A DNA stretch of 64,000 bases from Terriglobia bacterium (lineage in GTDB: Bacteria > Acidobacteriota > Terriglobia > JAIQFV01): positions 108,243-172,242 of the forward strand of contig JAIQFY010000010.1 of NCBI GenBank assembly GCA_020072965.1. The letters run 5' to 3'. A program made the translations under genes and the position numbers. The notes under the pieces are model-generated. The model had not been told where the DNA came from. It worked only from the letters and a program-made list of their open reading frames with translations, and searched no databases. Below, one piece after another: positions 59,281-64,000 of the stretch (position 1 is its first letter; every line of letters begins with the position of its first letter).

Positions 59281-61389
59281 TTACGCTTCCTCCTCTTCCT
59301 CCTCCTTACCAGCCCTTGCGGCCTTTGCGGCTTCTATGATCTTCTGGGATATCTGAGCCGGGACGATATCGTAATGTGAGAATTCCATGGCGTAGGTGCC
59401 CCGGCCCTGTGTTGCTGATGTGAGGACAGGCGCGTAGGTCAACATCTCGGCCATGGGAACCTGGGCCTTAATAATCTGGTTGCCTGCACGAGAATCCATG
59501 CCCTGGATACGTCCCCGGCGTGAATTCAGGTCCCCCATCAAATCTCCCGCATACTGCTCGGGAGCAATGATCTCCACATTCATAATGGGTTCGAGCAGGA
59601 CGGGCCTGGCCTGCTCCATCGCCTTCTTGAAGGCCAGTGAGCCGGCAATCTTAAAAGCCAGTTCCGACGAGTCGACGTCGTGATAGGAGCCGTCGTAAAG
59701 GATGGTCCTGAAATCTACGACCGGATAGCCGGCTAGAAAACCGCGGGAGGCAGCGTCGATGATCCCCTTCTCCACCGCCGGGATGAAATTGCGGGGGATG
59801 GATCCTCCGAAGATCTCATTCACAAACTCGAAGCCCTGTCCCCGGGGGAGCGGTTCCATCTTGATTTTGCAGTCTCCGTATTGCCCGTGACCTCCGGTCT
59901 GCTTCTTGTGACGGCCCTGCGCATCCGCTTTCCCGACGACGGTCTCCCGGTAGGGTACTTTGGGGGTTTTCAACTTGACTTCCACCTGATAACGCCGTTT
60001 CAGCCGGGACACGATGATTTCGATGTGTTGCTGACCCGTGCCCGAAAGCAGCAATTCATGGGTTTGCGGATCGCGGCTGAATCGGAGGGCAAGATCTTCC
60101 TCAAGGATTCTGTGGATGGCGGTACCGATGCGGTCTTCATCCTGACGCGACTTCGGTTCGATCGCAAACGCGATGGCGGGCTCAGGGAATTTGACCGGCC
60201 GGTAATAAATCGGATGCGCTTTGTCCCCCAAGGAGTCTCCGGTCAAGGTATCTTTTAGTTTGGCGACCGCCCCAATATCTCCAGCCCTCAACTCGGGAAC
60301 CGCAGTTGTATTTTTTCCCTGGAGCACGCCAATGTGGGCCATCTTTTCGGACGATCCGCGGGTAAAGTTATGGACGGTGGCATCGTTCTTCAGAATTCCC
60401 GAGTACACCCGAAAGTAGGTGACCCGGCCTGCAAACGGGTCGGCCACTGTCTTGAAGACAAACATCGAAAGCGGCTCGTCTTCCGCCACCTTGCGGATGA
60501 TCTCCTCTTCCCATTGAGGCGATACATGCCCCACCACGGGTCGCGCGTTGGCCGCGGGCATGTAGGCGACAACCGCATCAAGAAGATTTTGAGCACCGAT
60601 ATTGTAAAATCCCGATGCACACAGGACGGGCACGATGCGGCGCTCCAGGATGGCCTGTATCAGACCCTTTTCAAGATCCTCTACCGGCAAGGTTCCCTTT
60701 TCAAAAAACTCCTCCATCAGGGCATCGTTCCCCTCGGCAACCTGTTCCACAAGCGCCTCGTGCGCCTTTTGCGCGGCATCCTGCAATTCCGGCGGGATGG
60801 CACTCTCCGTCGCCTTGCCGCTGCCTGAGGTGTCATAAAGGTAAGCCTTCATACAGATGAGATCGATGACTCCTCGAAACACTTTTTCCACGCCGATGGG
60901 AAGTTGAATGGCCACCGGAGTGCGTCCAAAATTCTGCCGGATCGATTCCAGGGAGCGCTCAAAACTGGCGCGCTCCCGATCGAGTTTGTTCATGATGATG
61001 AGGCGGGGGAGGTTGAATTCATCGGCAAACGACCATACCTTTTCGGTCTGCACTTCCACGCCGGCCACGGCATCAACGACCACCACTGCCCCATCAGCCA
61101 CCCGCAACGCCGCCCGCGTGTCGTTGATGAAGAAGCCATACCCCGGGGTGTCGAGGAAGTTGATCTTCGTCTTGTTCCATTCCGCGTAGGCGAGGGAAGT
61201 ACCGATGGTAATCTTCCGCTCGATTTCCTCTTCGTCATAGTCAGTGACCGTGGTCCCGTCGTCGACGCGACCCAGCCGGTTGACCATTCCCGAAGTAAAT
61301 AAAAGCCCGGAGACAATTGAGGTCTTGCCTGAACTTCCATGTCCCACAAAACAGAGATTGCGAATGCTTCCCCCCTCGTAGACCTTCAC
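59281..61389 (-). CDS. Elongation factor G paralog (EF-G2-like) with non-canonical switch II and poly-Glu C-terminus
   Basis: 702 aa, five-domain EF-G architecture. P-loop GHGSSGKTS. G3 DTPGYGFF (Tyr instead of the catalytic His of DxPGH). NKLD. Tail KEEEEEEA. Confidence 0.8.
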   Translation of the reverse strand: MKVYEGGSIRNLCFVGHGSSGKTSIVSGLLFTSGMVNRLGRVDDGTTVTDYDEEEIERKITIGTSLAYAEWNKTKINFLDTPGYGFFINDTRAALRVADGAVVVVDAVAGVEVQTEKVWSFADEFNLPRLIIMNKLDRERASFERSLESIRQNFGRTPVAIQLPIGVEKVFRGVIDLICMKAYLYDTSGSGKATESAIPPELQDAAQKAHEALVEQVAEGNDALMEEFFEKGTLPVEDLEKGLIQAILERRIVPVLCASGFYNIGAQNLLDAVVAYMPAANARPVVGHVSPQWEEEIIRKVAEDEPLSMFVFKTVADPFAGRVTYFRVYSGILKNDATVHNFTRGSSEKMAHIGVLQGKNTTAVPELRAGDIGAVAKLKDTLTGDSLGDKAHPIYYRPVKFPEPAIAFAIEPKSRQDEDRIGTAIHRILEEDLALRFSRDPQTHELLLSGTGQQHIEIIVSRLKRRYQVEVKLKTPKVPYRETVVGKADAQGRHKKQTGGHGQYGDCKIKMEPLPRGQGFEFVNEIFGGSIPRNFIPAVEKGIIDAASRGFLAGYPVVDFRTILYDGSYHDVDSSELAFKIAGSLAFKKAMEQARPVLLEPIMNVEIIAPEQYAGDLMGDLNSRRGRIQGMDSRAGNQIIKAQVPMAEMLTYAPVLTSATQGRGTYAMEFSHYDIVPAQISQKIIEAAKAARAGKEEEEEEA

Positions 61390-61659
61390 GCGTAACTCCT
61401 TTCAGGACAGGTAGATTTGAGAACGGTTTTGAGAGATGACGGTAAGAGCAAGTATTCTTGAGCGAGTGAAAAGCCAGCATCCTACCATAGGAATTCCGAA
61501 CGATTCAACCGAAATGGGACAGCGATTCACCATCCTCCGGGGCCTATGCGAGGTGGATTGTTTAATTGAGTTTTCAGGGTAAATCGGTACAATCAGGGCG
61601 CTTCAGCTAGCTCATCGCTCAAGGCGCCAGCGATCTCGAATCAGGAATCCGCCAGTCCC

Positions 61660-62283
61660 ATGCAGGAAACCTTTCAAAAAATAGTCCACCTTTTTGTACT
61701 TTATGGATACTGGACGGTATTCTTCGGTGTCATGCTTGAAAATGCGGGACTCCCGGTTCCGGGGGAATCCGTCCTGCTGGTGGCCAGTTTTCTGGCTGCC
61801 CATAGTGGCGCGGTCAATCTGAAGATCGAGGGGATCATCATCGTTGCCATCTGTGGCGCGACCTTGGGAGACAACCTCGGTTACTGGGTTGGTCGCCGCG
61901 GGGGCCGCCCCTTCCTCAATCGGCATGCCAGGCACTTTTTCATCCGGAAACATCACATCGAGCAAGCCGAGCGCGTCTTCCACCGCTATGGAGCCTGGAC
62001 GGTTTTCTTTGCGCGGTTCATCACCGGACTTCGCGTCGTGGCCGGACCTTTTGCGGGGGTGCTCCACCTGCCCTGGTCGCGATTCCTGCTCTTCAATTTT
62101 TCCGGGGCAGTGCTGTGGACCACGGCAATCTCGTTAGTGGGATATTTCTTTGGGAGTCAATGGCTCCTCCTCTTGAAAATCATCAAACAGTTCGACCTGA
62201 TCGTCCTCGCTATTCTTATCCTTCTCACGGGTTTCCTTTACCTGCGGCATCGTGTCAGGCGCCGAAAAGAGACCTCGCCCTGA
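61660..62283 (+). CDS. DedA/SNARE-associated family membrane protein
   Basis: 207 aa, DedA signature (ENAGLPVPGE...GDNLGYWVGRRGG...FFARF). Confidence 0.8.
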   Translation: MQETFQKIVHLFVLYGYWTVFFGVMLENAGLPVPGESVLLVASFLAAHSGAVNLKIEGIIIVAICGATLGDNLGYWVGRRGGRPFLNRHARHFFIRKHHIEQAERVFHRYGAWTVFFARFITGLRVVAGPFAGVLHLPWSRFLLFNFSGAVLWTTAISLVGYFFGSQWLLLLKIIKQFDLIVLAILILLTGFLYLRHRVRRRKETSP

Positions 62284-62295
62284 CAAATCTCCCGC

Positions 62296-62901
62296 TCACT
62301 CTCGTTTCTTTAGAATTCTGTCCTGCATCGAATTCAAGAGTTTGTTGGCTGTGTCATCCAGGCACTGTTGAATTCCCTGAACTACGGCAGCCACCGTGCG
62401 GACAGTAATCGGGCGAGAGCACTCTTCTTCCCCGCGCCAAAGGCCCTGGCCGGTCCTGGCGTCCACCAGTTCGACCTCCAAGGCCACTTCGGCCGACACC
62501 TGCTTGCCCCGATCCGCTTCCTCGAAGCGTCGCAATCGACCCCGCAGTTTATAGTCGGCCTTCTCGATATCCCGGGTGCTGCTAACGTTGGCATAGGCAG
62601 CGGAGTCCTTTAAATGGTGAAGAAAATAATTCGTCACCAGGTCGACTGGCGGGCTGGTCCACCGCTCGTATTCGTAGTAATTCACTTCGTTTTCATTCTG
62701 TCGGTAGAGGATGCGGTCCTCCTGGAGCACGCGGTTGGCGCGGAAGCGGTCAACCATTATGACCTTGGAAATCACCGCCTCACCACTGGAGTGGACATGC
62801 GGAGACTCCACAATGTAATAGTGGGTCTTGGGGAGCCCACCACAGCCCACTGACACTGCGAGAACCAGCATGAGGAACGCTGTCGCTAGCCTTTTGTTCA
62901 T
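62296..62901 (-). CDS. ABC-type transport auxiliary lipoprotein (PqiC/DUF330-like)
   Basis: Lipobox VSVGCGG. ~200 aa. Adjacent to MlaD/MCE gene. Confidence 0.55.
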   Translation of the reverse strand: MNKRLATAFLMLVLAVSVGCGGLPKTHYYIVESPHVHSSGEAVISKVIMVDRFRANRVLQEDRILYRQNENEVNYYEYERWTSPPVDLVTNYFLHHLKDSAAYANVSSTRDIEKADYKLRGRLRRFEEADRGKQVSAEVALEVELVDARTGQGLWRGEEECSRPITVRTVAAVVQGIQQCLDDTANKLLNSMQDRILKKRE

Positions 62902-63006
62902 CCGTAGCTCTCCTGCCGGAAATGATCTGGTAGACGTCGGATTTCCGGTTGTCCCCGGAAAGGCGTCTGCGACGTCCTTCCGGAATAAAGAATTCTCTCA
63001 CCGGTC

Positions 63007-63984
63007 TTACTTGGGCACCTTCCGGTCGGGCATGGGTTTTACTCGAACCAGGCTGAACGGACGCTGTTTAATGGTCCCAGTGAACTCCGCGAGGTTTTCC
63101 GAGCTGCGTCGAAAGTTCTCTATCATGGCATCGATGTCGCTGCGGTTGGATGCCAGAGCGGAGCCTATCTCTTCCATTAATTTTCGCGCCTGGAGCAGCG
63201 TCGTTTCCAGTTCGGCGAGGTCTTTCTTAATCTGGGGTCGATCTTCAACCACGGTGCCGTCAAGGTGGCTGACCAGCGCATCGAGTTTCGATGTTGCTTT
63301 CCGGATATCATCCATCAAAGGATCCAGTTTCCTGGAGGTCGACTGCAGGTTGGAGGTGATGGCGTCAATCCGCGGCGAATTTTGACCGATCAAGGAATTG
63401 GTTCGCTCAAGCGCTTCCGAAAAATTCTTCCGGTTTCTTTCATTCGTTACCTCGTTCAAATTCGACAACAGCAAATCAGCCCGCGAAGAAATCTGGTTGA
63501 TGTTCTTATCGAGGTCATTCATCAACTTCTGGGCATTGTCAGAAAGCCCATTGAACTTTGTTAGTAACGCGCTGAACTCGGGGGTCTCCTCTGAGTGGAT
63601 GGTGTCGCCCGGCTTAAGCGGAGGCGAGGTCTTGTTTCCGGGGCTGATCTCAATGTAGTTTTCCCCCAGTGCATTGAGCGAGGCCAGCCGCGCGATGCTG
63701 TCGGTCTTCAGGGGAACTCCCTGGCGCAGCCGCAACTCCACTTCGATGAGGGAAGGATCCTGGGGTGCGATATGGACACCGGCGACCTTCCCGACTTTGA
63801 TCCCTCCAAAGCGCACGACGCTGTCGCTTTCAAGTCCTCCGGCAAACTTGAAATAGGTCCTGTACTCCTCGCTGTTGGGGCGGAAGGGGTTGTAGTGAAT
63901 CATCATGGAGATGGCCACAATCAGAATCGCGCCCGCCGCCATTACCAGAATCCCTACCTTCACCTCATCGGATCTTTTTGCCAT
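63007..63984 (-). CDS. mlaD: MCE/MlaD family protein (outer membrane lipid asymmetry/Mce transporter substrate-binding component)
   Basis: N-terminal TM. MCE domain (YRTYFKFAGGLESDSVVRFGGIKVGKV). Long helical C-terminus. Confidence 0.8.
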   Translation of the reverse strand: MAKRSDEVKVGILVMAAGAILIVAISMMIHYNPFRPNSEEYRTYFKFAGGLESDSVVRFGGIKVGKVAGVHIAPQDPSLIEVELRLRQGVPLKTDSIARLASLNALGENYIEISPGNKTSPPLKPGDTIHSEETPEFSALLTKFNGLSDNAQKLMNDLDKNINQISSRADLLLSNLNEVTNERNRKNFSEALERTNSLIGQNSPRIDAITSNLQSTSRKLDPLMDDIRKATSKLDALVSHLDGTVVEDRPQIKKDLAELETTLLQARKLMEEIGSALASNRSDIDAMIENFRRSSENLAEFTGTIKQRPFSLVRVKPMPDRKVPK

Positions 63985-64000
63985 GGTCTGTCCCTCATCC

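Overview
This is a high-GC chromosomal segment, and the gene content (TonB/ExbB/ExbD, tgt-yajC-secDF, FG-GAP giants, MlaD/PqiC) looks Acidobacteria-like. Genes are mostly on the minus strand. I found no tRNA, rRNA or CRISPR. The gene content runs from branched-chain/propionyl-CoA catabolism (partial fused 2-oxoacid dehydrogenase E1 alpha/beta, an aconitase-family dehydratase with its swivel domain first, acyl-CoA dehydrogenase, methylmalonyl-CoA mutase large domain), through housekeeping (L28, RelA/SpoT, RidA, TruA, NuoB, SuhB, UDG, fused MoaD-MoaE), envelope/transport (two ExbD, ExbB, TonB, a SurA-like PPIase, two orphan Opp/Dpp-type ABC ATPases, a K+ channel with RCK domains), two very large tandem FG-GAP paralogs and two radical SAM enzymes, to a REP/RAYT locus (an IS200-like REP-associated tyrosine transposase flanked by palindromic REP arrays). 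The main result is three redox genes, each interrupted by an in-frame TGA exactly at the catalytic cysteine position: a two-domain thioredoxin/PDO-like protein (UPYC), a PrxQ/Bcp peroxiredoxin, and a signal-peptide AhpC/TSA peroxiredoxin. Each TGA is followed about 10-25 nt downstream by a hairpin with a GU-containing apical loop, which is SECIS-like. These are best read as three selenocysteine-containing proteins that an ORF caller splits or truncates. I also found an unusual family of tandem heptamer arrays, (AGTTCAA)n and (GACTTCT)n, that occurs in inverted orientation on either side of a 3 kb gene block and also inside a coding region. Further observations are an EF-G paralog lacking the switch-II catalytic His and a 501-aa unknown with a PD-(D/E)xK-like motif beside the RAYT element. 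Coordinates of gene starts are approximate (+/- a few codons), and the ORF track evidently allows TTG/GTG starts.
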